A program made the position numbers and the translations under genes. A stretch of DNA of 46,317 bases from Octopus bimaculoides (lineage: Eukaryota), in assembly GCF_001194135.2 (NCBI RefSeq), contig NC_068988.1, positions 65,041,476 through 65,087,792 of the forward strand, given 5' to 3'. The stretch's first letter is position 1; each line of letters opens with the position of its first letter. Under the pieces are notes generated by a model. The model was not told the DNA's origin and ran no database searches. It was given only the letters and a program-made list of their open reading frames with translations. Of this stretch, positions 10,495 through 22,790 are shown piece after piece.

Positions 10495-10890
10495 TTGTTG
10501 TTGTTCTTATTGTTGGCACTCCGTCGCTTACGACGTCGAGGGTTCCAGTCGATCCGATCAACGGAACAGCCTGCTCGTGAAATTAACGTGCAAGTGGCTG
10601 AGCACTCCACAGACATGTGTACCCTTAACGTAGTTCTTGGGGATATTCAGCGTGACACAGTGTGACAAGGCTGACCCTTTGAATTACAGGCACAACAGAA
10701 ACAGGAAGAAAGAGTGAGAGAAAGTTGTGGTGAAAGAGTACAGCCGGGTTCGCCACAATCCCCTGCCGGAGCCTTGAGGATCTTTAGGTGTTTTCGCTCA
10801 ATAAACACTCACAACGCCCGGTCTGGGAATCGAAACTGCGATGCTATGACCGCAAGTCTGCTCCCCTAACCACTGGGCCATTGCGCCTCC
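10495..10890 (-). mobile_element. tRNA-derived SINE family B
   Basis: Reverse complement of 38242-38623, with an (AAC/AAT)n tail at about 10495. Confidence 0.88.
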
Positions 10891-10929
10891 ACTATGAGTG
10901 AGGACAGCTGCATAAAGAGCCGACCTGTA

Positions 10930-11110
10930 ATGTGGGGGAGGGGGCTGTGGAAGAGACAGGCCAGGGAAAATGTGGGACAAAATGTTGAGAAATGATCTTC
11001 AGATGTTGAACCTTACAGAGGACAGAGGACCGAGATTTCTGGCGATTCGCTGTGTTTGACAAGATACACCAAGCTGAGTAAAATCATGGCCGTCTATACA
11101 TACAGGCATG
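10930..11110 (+). mobile_element. RTE-X LINE ORF C-terminus and start of 3-prime UTR
   Basis: GRPGKMWDKMLRNDLQMLNLTE resembles RGRPRKTWDEVVK.DL..L.LTE. The same UTR start (acaccaagct.agtaaaatc) recurs at about 29590. Confidence 0.6.
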
Positions 11111-12659
11111 TCCTTTACGGCCATGCACTCCTCACATACACATAATCAGTTCTCTATGAAAACTCCATCCGATCAACACCCACTGCAGGCCCCTCCACTC
11201 TCCCTTATGTGCATATCCGCACACTCTCCATACGCTCACATATGTACCACACCCCACTCTCCCAGCCACTCCAGTTTCTCTTAACATCGCTTGCTACAGT
11301 CACTTCTTCCCCCATCTCTAAGCATCTTCCTTCACTCTCTTATGGAACATCGCCCTCTATCCCCTCTGTACCATTTATACTCCGCCTGCCCCGCTGCCCC
11401 CGTTACTTGTGGGTAGGTCCCGAGTTTATTTAAGATATTCTCATTTTAAAAATCATCTCTGGCTAATCGTTGAGAGGACGTTAGTGTTGCCTTGGCGGAG
11501 GTTTGCGCTCTCTGAGTGCTCTTATTATTATTATTAGGCGGTGAGCTGGTAGAATCGTTAGCGCGTCGGGAAAAATGCTTTGCAGCNNNNNNNNNNNNNN
11601 NNNNNNNNNNNNNNNNNNNNNNNNNNNNNNNNNNNNNNNNNNNNNNNNNNNNNNNNNNNNNNNNNNNNNNNNNNNNNNNNNNNNNNNNNNNNNNNNNNNN
11701 NNNNNNNNNNNNNNNNNNNNNNNNNNNNNNNNNNNNNNNNNNNNNNNNNNNNNNNNNNNNNNNNNNNNNNNNNNNNNNNNNNNNNNNNNNNNNNNNNNNN
11801 NNNNNNNNNNNNNNNNNNNNNNNNNNNNNNNNNNNNNNNNNNNNNNNNNNNNNNNNNNNNNNNNNNNNNNNNNNNNNNNNNNNNNNNNNNNNNNNNNNNN
11901 NNNNNNNNNNNNNNNNNNNNNNNNNNNNNNNNNNNNNNNNNNNNNNNNNNNNNNNNNNNNNNNNNNNNNNNNNNNNNNNNNNNNNNNNNNNNNNNNNNNN
12001 NNNNNNNNNNNNNNNNNNNNNNNNNNGAGGGGGAGGAGGAGGAGGAGGAGGATAACAAGTTGAGGATGCTGACAACTATAATGACAATGATGACATCAAA
12101 AACAATGATAGTAATGACAACTACAACAATGATGATAATGATGATGACAACAACAATGACCACTGCAAGTACTTCAACAACATGGATTATATGAGACAAT
12201 GTAACAACATTTACAATTTACAAGGTACTGCTTCATTTCGAGACCAAGAACAAGATTAAAGAAAGAGAAACGTCTTGCTCTGAGAAAATTTTGGTACAAT
12301 AACCTTAAGAGACAACATGCTGATCTGACAATCTAAGGATTTTAATTATGAACCAGATCTTTATAGAATTTCACACAGCCTTGCCCAATTAGTACCCCAT
12401 TTTGGTACCCCCAGTATATAAACCAGTAAATAACTAGAGAGAAATGATAAAGTGAATGACACAGTAGTGACAATCAATATGTGAGAATAATCATGTGATA
12501 CACTGAACAGGCTAATCAAACCTTCTTAGAAATACATACAGTTGGACTTAAATTGTCCAAATGAGACAGCCGAGAAATATTTTGTCAAGATAACTGATTA
12601 TCTGGATAACTGATCTGATAGTGAATATAGGGAGCCTGACTGAACATAATTATAAATGC

Positions 12660-13045
12660 AAACTTCAATGTCTTTTCAATGAAACCAGGGACAACCTTCC
12701 AGGTTTATCAACAGCACAAAAGTGGGCAGCTGGATTTAGGAGGGGAAGGGAGATAGTGATAGATGACAGGCGATTGACTATAAATCAAATAGCCAATGCT
12801 ATCGGCACATCCAATGAGAGAGTTGAGGACATTATGCACGATGAACTTGGCATGACAAACATTCCTAATCAATGGGCGCCATGTCTTCTGATACCTGATC
12901 TCAAAAACGCACCAGGCTGAATACATCTGATATTGTTTGAGGCAGATCCAACTGGCTTCCTTGAACATTTCCTAACCCAAGATAAGTGTTGGCTTCATCA
13001 TTTTGTGCCAGAGACAAAGAGACAATCCATGTAGTGGTCACCCAT
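12660..13045 (+). mobile_element. Mariner transposase relic, irritans/Hsmar2-like, internally deleted
   Basis: STAQKWAAGFRRGRE..DDRRLTINQIANAIG...ELGM..I..QWAPCLL.PD...FLEHFLTQDKCWLHHFVPETKRQSM*W. Confidence 0.8.
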
Positions 13046-13519
13046 GCCTGTTTTAAGATCATTTTAACATTGTTTAAAGTGACTGACTGAAATCAAAGCG
13101 ACAGACTGATTGAGATATGGTATTTTTCTGATGATGGTCAGTAACAATTTTTTGATGCAATATTTTTATATCTTCTTTCATAATTAGAATCCACTTTTAA
13201 TTATTGCAACCAAAAGATGAAATAGTAGGTCCATTATTCTTCTTAAGTTCTGACTATGGCTAATTAAATATTCATGTAGTATAGAAATGAACTCACTCAG
13301 AAGGGTATTGTAGAAGAACCTTGACCAAGAGTCATACAGTAGGACTGAACCCAAAACCGTTTGGTTAAGAAAAATGAATATTTTAACAACACAGTCATGC
13401 CTGAGTAGGAAAATGAAAATATATTATTGTTGTTGTGATTGTTAGGGTAATGTATTAGCAGAATCATTAGAGTATCAAACAAAATGTCTTGCAGTATTTT
13501 GCTACAACCTTTCACACTC

Positions 13520-13677
13520 AAAGGTGCGGCTGTATGGTAAGAAGCTTGCTTCCCAACCACATGGTCCTGGGTTCAGTCCCACTGTGTGGCTCCTTGAGCA
13601 AATGTCTTCTACTATATCCCCAGGCCAACCAAAGTCTTGTGGGTAGATTTGGTGGACAGAAACTGAAAGAAGCCTGT

Positions 13678-13736
<59 letters not shown>

Positions 13737-13995
13737 ATGTATAAGCAAATAGATAGATATATAGATAGACATATATGTGTCTGTCTGTGTGTCTTTGTGT
13801 CTGTGTTTGTACCCCCCTCCATCACTTGACAATTAGTGCTGGCATGTTTATGTCCCTGTAACTTAGCAGTTTGGTAAAAGAAACTAATAGAATAAGTACT
13901 AGGCTTACAAAGAATAAGTCTTAGGGTCGATTTGCTCAACTAAAACCCTTTAAGGTGGTGCTCCAGCATGGCTGCAGTCAAAGGACTAAAAGAAT
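13520..13995 (+). mobile_element. Family A SINE with internal (GT)n/(GTAT)n
   Basis: ggctgtatggtaagaagcttgcttcccaaccacatggtcctgggttcagtcccactg... to ctccagcatggctgcagtca. Confidence 0.85.
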
Positions 13996-14221
13996 AAAAT
14001 AAAAATCCCAACTACAGCCTTTCATTCTCATTAGGTCAATAAGACAAAATATTATATTACAGGGTGACGGTGGAAACAATGATGATGGTTATGGTAGTGT
14101 TGGGTGGTGGTGATGATGGTGTTGGTGAGGGAGGTGGTGATGGTGGCAGCAATGGTGGTATTGTTGTTGTTGCTGCTAATAGTGTCAACAGTAGCAACAG
14201 CAGTGATGTTTGTGTGACAAT

Positions 14222-14423
14222 AATCTTTTCTACTCTAGGCAAAAGGCTCAAAATTTTGGTGAGGGGTTCAGTCAATTAGATCGACCCCAGTACACAACTG
14301 GTACTTAATTCATCGACCTCAAAAGAATGAAAGGCAAAGTCGACCTCAGTGGAATTTGAACTCAAAACGTAAAGACTAAGCATTTCGCCCAGCATGCTAA
14401 CGTTTCTGCCAGCTCGCTGCCTT
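14222..14423 (-). mobile_element. tRNA-derived SINE family C
   Basis: The minus strand reads ggcagcgagctggcagaaacgttagcatgctgggcgaaatgcttag...gttcaaattcc...gcctttcattcttttgaggtcgatgaattaagtaccag. Confidence 0.85.
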
Positions 14424-14523
14424 TTTGTGATGACAATAATAACGAAGACTTTATTCATGTCATCACCTTCATCATTGATTTAACATACTATTTATGATTC
14501 TGGCAAATGTATGTCAATATATT

Positions 14524-14740
14524 AAGGCAGTAAGCTGGCAGAATTGCCATCACACCATGCAAAATGCTTAGCGGCATTTCATTAGTCTTCATGTTCTGAG
14601 TTCAAATTCTGCCGAGGTTGACTTTGCCTTTCATCCATTCAGGGTCAATAAAATAAGTACCAGTTGAACAATGGGGGGGGGGGGGCAATGTAAATGACTT
14701 ACCCCCTCCCCAACATCAGCTGGTCTTAAACCAAAATATT
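14524..14740 (+). mobile_element. Family C SINE, inverted relative to 14222-14423
   Basis: aaggcagtaagctggcagaatt...gttcaaattctgccgaggttgactttgcctttcatccattcagggtcaataaaataagtaccag. Other copies: 11527-11586 +, 24522-24718 -, 26812-27030 +. Confidence 0.85.
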
Positions 14741-15991
14741 TCTATTCATTTCTTTCATTCAACAGATCAAATGTGAGACTCTAACTTAAGTCTTGTATAA
14801 AGCGGTCCCAATACTTTCTATCCCTTCAATCAGTCTTTTCAACCATTTCCCACAGATTAATGTTCTAAGGTAGAAGATGTTAATGGCAGAGTCCAATATA
14901 AAAAAAAAAAAAAAAAAGGACTGTGTCCATGACATATAAAGAGCCGCTGGGACAAGAAAGGGAACAGAAAGAACCCATAAATTACCCTCAGACTGGAGAC
15001 TTGCTCCAAATTTTTGCAATAAAATAAAGTTTCCTAAAAAAACCCATGGACCAGGTGGTGGTGCTGAAACAGGTGAAGAATCTAATGTACCATGAAGAAC
15101 TACAATGATCTCTCCAACAGATTTCCACACAAGTATCACTCTACATGATTTCACAAGGCTTTTGACTCAAGGTGGTAGTAAAAGACACATACAAAAGGTG
15201 CCATGTGGTGGGATTGAACCTGAAACCACATGATTATGAGGCAACTTCTTAACTACATGGCAAATCTGTCAACCCCCACCTCAAGTCTTTGTTGACTTCA
15301 TGTATCATATCTTATCCTATCTTCTCTTAACATATGTCATACATTCAAAAGAAAATGTTCATAGCAGCACATTTGTCTCTACTTAGAATTATGTTTTCCT
15401 TGACATAATTGTCATTACCGAGTTAGATGAGTTTAGATAGCAGCACATTTTCATGCATCCTACCCTGTCTGTACACATAAAAACAATTTCACAAAGAGAA
15501 ATCAAAACAAGAAAAAATATATTCTGTTTGAATAATCTCAATTTTTAATCTTAAATAGCAGCAATTTTCATTGGCAATAAACATCTTTCTAACAATTTTC
15601 ATGCTTAATGGTGTATACATATGTGTGCGTGTGTGTACACATACAAACACAGATAGATAAATTGATACACACACACATATGTATATATAATGAATTCAGC
15701 CTTTACATTCAACACATTCAGTCAAATGAGGACTAATTATATACATTTTTGGACTAAACATCTCTCCATTGGGATACATTCAACCCAATGATTACATTCC
15801 ATAAATGGCAACCAATTATTCTATCAGAGAAAAGCAATATCAAGTAGTCTCTTTTTTAAATTAATTCTTCCATATTTCTAAATAGATTCTAATGACATGA
15901 GCTGTAGACATTCTACTATTTTTGCTCTCCCACTGTCACAGACAGTTACACACACACTACATAGGCACTTTCTTATATACACACATACATC

Positions 15992-16022
<31 letters not shown>

Positions 16023-16250
16023 GTGTGTGTATGCGCGTGTGTGTGTTTTATCAGTACTCTGATCATAACTATGATAGTAAATTCAGACTATGAAGTTCAA
16101 GTTTTCATTTTAATTAGTGGCAGCTTCATTACTTGTGCAACTAATGTAATAATAATAATAATAATAAAAGAATTCTTGGTTGAGACATCTAAGACAGCAC
16201 TGGAATGATTCTTATGAAGATATGTAAATGATGATTGTTTCCATGCTTAC

Positions 16251-16297
16251 TTGAAGAGCAAATATGATAGAATGATACCCAGAAGTTGTACAAATGT
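16251..16297 (-). CDS. Candidate 47-nt upstream exon encoding a hydrophobic helix TFVQLLGIILSYLLF(K)
   Basis: Donor CAA|GTAAGC and a weak acceptor tttttttttaaag. It ends in phase 2, as the 9794 exon requires. No transcript evidence. Confidence 0.3.
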
Positions 16298-17559
16298 CTT
16301 TAAAAAAAAATCTCTGTCTGAAAGCAGTGAAGGATGATATGTTTTGTCTCATTTGTTATTTTGTTATTTCTTATTCCAGACATAATACAACACATAGCAT
16401 CATGAGATCACACATGGACTATCAACACAGTTTCATGTATCAACAAACACAGCAAAATATCACAGTCAATGAAAGAGGTAGAGGAGCAGAAACCATCATG
16501 CTCTGATTTACTCTGTTTCCCATATCCTTCCTACCAGTACTCTGGGCACCACCAGGGAACTCTCTAAATGCTAGGTCCCTTTTACATGCCACCAGCACAG
16601 GTGCATTTACAAGACACCTGCACAAGTGCATGTTACATGGCATTGACACAAATGCATTTTACATGGCACAAGTGCATTTTACGTGGCACTGGCACTGTGG
16701 AATACTGAGCCACTCCACATGGCAATTCAATGAGTAAGTTGTCTAACTGATTTAACTACTGGATGATTATATACCAAAACAATGTGAGAGTCCAATATTA
16801 CAGGGAAAGAATTAAAACGTCAATTATTTTCATTTCTCCTCACAACGAAAGATTCTTCTGGAAATGTAAATTTACTTAATTTTGAGCCAATGTGGTTACT
16901 CAAACTGCTAGAAACAGAAGCCAAAGCTCTCTTGAATCAGATCCTTACAAAAAGAAAAACACATTAGATAATATAGTCCTTGATACACTGTTTCAAATAT
17001 AAGACAAGTTGATCGTAACTGCAAAAACCTTCGTCATGGATCTATTCAATCAAAGGTGTGCTAAAACTGAACAAAACCAATAGCAGCAACAACAACAACA
17101 GCACACACCTCTTCCACTCATATTATCAGTTCAATTCATGTTGATAAATGCTATCTTTGTGGTAGCAATTCAAGTGGCTCAAGTGGTTGTCTAATTCTAG
17201 ACAAACCTATCAAAAGGAAGAACTATTGATATAATATGTATAGGTAAGTTTCTACTGACAATTTAAACAATTGCTACATCAACACGAAATCAAGACAGTA
17301 GATCCCATTTGGATGAAAACAAGTTAGCAAGTTACTGAAAATAATCATGATCAAGCACACAGTGGAAAATGACCTAAATACAAGACAGGAAGGAAATGAA
17401 GAACCAGATGAAAAGAGTAGCTCGTCACAAGTCTTTGTTGAAAGACTCATCTGACCAAATCACACACAGGCCTGAAGAAATAAGAAATTCTAATGACCCA
17501 GATAAAGATAGACAGGAAAATGGTACAGAAACAGTACTTGAAGATCACATGTTTGCTTA

Positions 17560-18120
17560 AGCACACAGAGAGCCTATGATGGAAATGAAGTAGAAAATTC
17601 TGTATGAGCTTGCAGTTAGTTGTAAGATATGCAAATATGAATGATTGAAAACCATTTCATAAACTCTCAGATACAAACCAAAATAAAAAACAATTTAAAA
17701 TTGGCAATTATATAACAAAAGAAATCATACAAGAATTAAAACCTTACTGAGTTAAATGAAATTATTTATGCATCTGCTAAAGCAATCAAAACCAATTGTA
17801 TACCTTCGAAAAAACAAAGAAAACCAAACTGGAAAGAAATCCAAACTGGAGAAGTAGAATTGAAAAAGAGATTGAATTAATGAGAGGGAAAATATCAATA
17901 TTAAATGAACTGATCAGTGAAAATGATGTAAGATTCAGAAAAGGGAAGAAGATGAAGAGAAATTACAGATTCTTACCAAGAGAAGAACTGATATCAACAA
18001 AAGAAACACTGAAATGAAAAATCCAAACAAAAGCTCAAAGATTACAAAAAATTGAGAAAGGAAACAATTTTTGCAAGCAAAATAAGCTGTTCACATCCAT
18101 AGCCAAAACATTCTGCCTAC
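17560..18120 (+). mobile_element. Degenerate R4/Dong-like (RLE-type) non-LTR retrotransposon, pre-RT region
   Basis: LTELNEIIYASAKAI...NWRSRIEKEIELMRGKISILNE...KETLK*KIQTKAQRLQKIEK.N.F.KQNKLF resembles the R4/Dong block LKQK.QAKAQRIRR.EKR...QNK.F. Confidence 0.65.
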
Positions 18121-18149
18121 TGCAATCTATGCCAGTGAGACTTGAAAGA

Positions 18150-18420
18150 GCACAGAAAGGATAGATAGAAAACTAAATGTATTCTATCAACAGTGCCTCA
18201 GAAAGATCTTGATGATCAACTAGGTGGACCATATCACAAATGAAGAAATTCTGAGATTGAGGTCATAACCACTGCAAGAGATTGTAGCAGAACAGCAATT
18301 GCACCCAGCTGGCCACATTTTCCATCTAGCCAATCAACAGCACTTGATAACAGCCATGACTCAGGCGCCACCAGACAGCAAATATAAAAAGGGCAGACCA
18401 AAGATACCTCAGTAGTAAAC
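18150..18420 (+). mobile_element. LINE 3-prime ORF fragment (RTE-like)
   Basis: DHITNEEILR...LQEIVAEQQL..AGHIF.L....AMTQAPPDSKYK.G.P. Confidence 0.55.
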
Positions 18421-18543
18421 ATTTCAAGATAATACAAAGACAGTCAACATTATGTGAAATGGATGTGCAAGAATAGCAGTCAACTGAACCCAGAAGAGGA
18501 AGCTTGCCACCTAATGCACAGAGCAGCACAAGAGAATCTAAAG

Positions 18544-18833
18544 CAGGGGTTCTCAACCATTTTTTATTTACGGACCCCATTGATTACTATTTTATTTGGG
18601 TGGACCCCATACTCATTCAATGTTTTAAAATGAGTTTTATAGAAACCCTTTCCAAATTCTTATTTTATTTTCCATGCATTCCCTCTATGGTAAAATGTTA
18701 GAGAAAGAAACCTAGCTGTTTCTTGCAATACATACAAATACATACATCTAAATCAAAATATATTTAGGAGCCCATAAAGTACAATTGTGGATCCCCGATT
18801 TACTATATGGACCCTCAGGATTGAGAACCACTG
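18544..18833. mobile_element. hAT (Charlie-like) MITE, 290 bp
   Basis: TIRs CAGGGGTTCTCAA / TTGAGAACCACTG, with a perfect 8-bp TSD ATCTAAAG (18536-18543, 18834-18841). Confidence 0.92.
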
Positions 18834-19303
18834 ATCTAAAGTCAAAGCTTTAATAATTTGGACACTCTCTTTACTGAAAATATTTGCTATGAATCTATAT
18901 GGTTGAGCAACAAATCCAAAAAGTGTCCATTCTTTGTGTGATAGTGGAACCATGTAACAAGTGTAATTCTTCAAAGTAACAATAAAATCAGGATAATATT
19001 TTTTTGTTTGTTTGTTATTGCGAACATCAAAAACACAGAGAATCATGATCATCACCTTCATCAGTATCAGCAGCTGCAGCTATAATAGAGTAATTAGAAG
19101 GATGAAATGTTGTGCCACATCACTAGATTTAACACAATTCCTGGTTCTCAGAGCAGTGGCACTGCCATTCGAAAAGTCTGTGGAATACAAGTGTATGGAG
19201 ACTTTATTAAAGAATGAGTTCCCAACTGACAACTACCAAATATTTATGTGTATAGTGTGAGTATGAGTGAGTGTGTGTGTGTGTGCGTATGTATGTGCAT
19301 GAA

Positions 19304-19364
<61 letters not shown>

Positions 19365-20519
19365 AAGAAAGAGATGTTTATGCATGTATGTATGTTTATG
19401 TTTGTTCTGTAGCAGAAAGGGGATTTAAGCTTAAATCTGAAGAACAGCTGCTAAATGAAATCAATTTGAAAATAAATGCCTGTTATAATTCTAAAGAATA
19501 AAGAATAGGGGTTACTTGAATTTGATGTCAGAGATAATATCTTATCATTTAGAATGTTTGTTTTATCTTATTTATTATCCTCATTATTATTGTTATTATT
19601 ATTTGTTAATTGAATTCCCGTATGATAAAGAATACTTTACATACCAACACTAATTTCTAGAACACTGTAAGCATGCATACACTTAACACACATAACACAT
19701 ACAAACATAAACTCACATACATGTGGTATCATGCACACACACACACACATGCATGTACCAATACTCCCCAAATCAACAAATAAGAGCTCTTACGTGTACA
19801 TTACAGTACTAAATAAACGTACAGCTTTTTCTGATAAGAATAAGAATGCTTGCAAAATGACAAAAAAAAAAATGCAGTTTCTCTATAGACTCATTTATTT
19901 GTAGACTCTATATTGACCAGAAGCAAGTTAGACTTACAATCACATAGATCAATAAAAAGAAATTTTTCCGGTCTATGACTCATACTTTGGAGTGAAAATT
20001 GGTAGATTGGTGATCCAGATAAAGCAGAATCAGCTCAAGTGGTTTGTAGAACATGTGGATTACACCAGAAGGATTGCTAACAGAAGAAATGCAAATCAAT
20101 GCTGTTTACATTGCAGGATAAAATTACTTTTATTTCTATGAAAGATGAGTTTAGATAAAAAGAACCACGAAAACTGACATGATATATGCAACAATTGAAC
20201 ATTCAGTCAACCAATTCATTTGATGGAGGTTTTGTAAGACACAGCAACTACATCATAACTCTGGAAAAGACTAAACAATTGCCAGGAATTGAAATTCTAT
20301 TTGCATATGAATATTGCTCAGCTAATGATAAGCTTAAGAAAAATTTTGTGGCAGAGGATTTAACAAAACTTGAAAGACAAATTAAAAACATTTAATTTCA
20401 ACGAAATGCAGAATGCTATAGTAAACTTCCAAACATAGTACCTAAAGGAATATATACATATTCACGGTGGTGCACCAGCATGACCGCAGCCACTTGGCTA
20501 AAACACATAAATAAATAAA

Positions 20520-20555
<36 letters not shown>

Positions 20556-20562
20556 AGTCTAT

Positions 20563-20597
<35 letters not shown>

Positions 20598-21313
20598 AGA
20601 AATGAGGGCAGGGAATCGTCAATTAATAATAGAATTAACAATTAACAATTTTGCCAAGTAGTTCAGTATGAAATAAACCTTTATCGGTAAGACCATTTAT
20701 CATCATAAATATAAGGGATTAGCAATTGAGTTGCTTCTCCAACATACTGAAAATTCAGAAACAGCAGTCAAAGAACTACNNNNNNNNNNNNNNNNNNNNN
20801 NNNNNNNNNNNNNNNNNNNNNNNNNNNNNNNNNNNNNNNNNNNNNNNNNNNNNNNNNNNNNNNNNNNNNNNNNNNNNNNNNNNNNNNNNNNNNNNNNNNN
20901 NNNNNNNNNNNNNNNNNNNNNNNNNNNNNNNNNNNNNNNNNNNNNNNNNNNNNNNNNNNNNNNNNNNNNNNNNNNNNNNNNNNNNNNNNNNNNNNNNNNN
21001 NNNNNNNNNNNNNNNNNNNNNNNNNNNNNNNNNNNNNNNNNNNNNNNNNNNNNNNNNNNNNNNNNNNNNNNNNNNNNNNNNNNNNNNNNNNNNNNNNNNN
21101 NNNNNNNNNNNNNNNNNNNNNNNNNNNNNNNNNNNNNNNNNNNNNNNNNNNNNNNNNNNNNNNNNNNNNNNNNNNNNNNNNNNNNNNNNNNNNNNNNNNN
21201 NNNNNNNNNNNNNNNNNNNNNNNNNNNNNNNNNNNNNNNNNNNNNNNNNNNNNNNNNNNNNNNNNNNNNNNNNNNNNNNNNNNNNNNNNNNNNNNNNNNN
21301 NNNNNNNNNNNNN

Positions 21314-21354
<41 letters not shown>

Positions 21355-21537
21355 ATATATATATATATATATCATCATAATAATAATCATCATTTAACGT
21401 CTTTTTTCCTATGCTGGCATGGGTTGAATGGTTTTACAGGATCCAGCAAGCTTCAGTGTTGCACCTATTTCCATTGTCAACACTTCAGCATGGTTTCTAT
21501 AGCTTGATACCCTTCCTAACATCAACCATTTACAGTG

Positions 21538-21573
<36 letters not shown>

Positions 21574-22034
21574 TGTGTATATGTAAAAGCACCCACTACA
21601 CTCTCTGAGTGGTTGGCGTTAGGAAGGGCATCCAGCTGTAGAAACTCTGCCAAATCAGACTGGAGCCTGGTGTTGCCATCCGGTTTCACCAGTCCTCAGT
21701 CAAATCGTCCAACCCATGCTAGCATGGAAAGCGGACGTTAAACGATGATGATGATGATATATATATATATACACAAAATTAGTACCTATTCCTTTGGAAG
21801 GTACAATTTGTAATCTTCGAAACATATGTTGGAAATAAAAGAATTCATTTAACATATGCGTTTTACTCCATTTACTAAATTTGTATATTTACTCAATTAC
21901 CCAAAATAACAAGGAGTTTCTACCTCAGTCATTTTGCTACCCTGGTATNNNNNNNNNNCATGAATTAAAAGTTGAACTTGCTATAAAAGCAGGTAGTAAT
22001 TTTACCGTGTCTTATTATTAGTGCAAGTTTTGAT

Positions 22035-22731
22035 GAGTGCATATTCAGCATATTTTGTTTTATGAGTTCCATAAAGGCAACAATGCAACAGAAAGTGCGA
22101 GGAATAATTAATGCAGTATATGGGGATTAGACAATAAGCATAAGCCAGTATCAATGGTGGTTCCAGAAATTCCGAGCCAGAAACTACAGCCTAGAAGACG
22201 AGCCTCGTCCTGGAAGATCTGGAGACCTTGACAAGGACGTCCTGCAAACCCTGGAGGAACAAAATCCCATCATAACCATTGAGGAACTAGCAGAGATGCT
22301 TGGATTTGGTCATTCAACCATTCATCGACACCTGTGCTAGAAGCAAAATGACCGTCTTTGGTTTCAAGACGAAAGGTATTTTTCCATCAGCCACATACAG
22401 CAAGGATGGTATTCCAAAGGCTGGAGCAGTTTGAATGGGAAACGATGCCCCACCCACCCACCATATTCACAAGATATTACCCATCTGATTATCATTTGTT
22501 CCACAGTCTTCAAAATCATCTGGACATAAAACATGAATTCTGTAGATGAGGTCAGAACAAAACCAGAGGAGTATTTTTCATCATAGACAAGTGAATTTTG
22601 GAAGAGGGGCCTTGCAAGTCTACCAGACAGGTGGAAAAGCATTGTCGAAAATGAAGGAGAGTATATTTTAGATTAAAAAGAACTTTGAAAAATAAAAGAC
22701 AAAAAACTGCACTACTTATGGGATGACCCGA
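22035..22731 (+). mobile_element. Mariner deletion derivative with 3-prime TIR
   Basis: HIQHILFYEFHKGNNATESARNINAVYG...WFQKFRARNYSLEDEPRPGRS...; after a central deletion, FHQPH..WETMPHPP..PSDYHLFHSLQNHL...LPDRWKSIVENEGEYILD*. TIR end ttatgggatgacccga followed by TA. Confidence 0.88.
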
Positions 22732-22753
22732 TATATGTATATATGTGTATATA

Positions 22754-22790
<37 letters not shown>

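Noticed and set aside
14786-15154. 122-aa minus-strand ORF and the plus-strand KTHGPGGGAE peptide
   Set aside because: It crosses a poly-A/T run, I recognise no family, and it is probably an old repeat.
20186-20440. 69-aa plus-strand ORF
   Set aside because: No splice support or recognisable host domain; the downstream KLPNIV hints at a decayed CR1-type LINE end, too weak to call.
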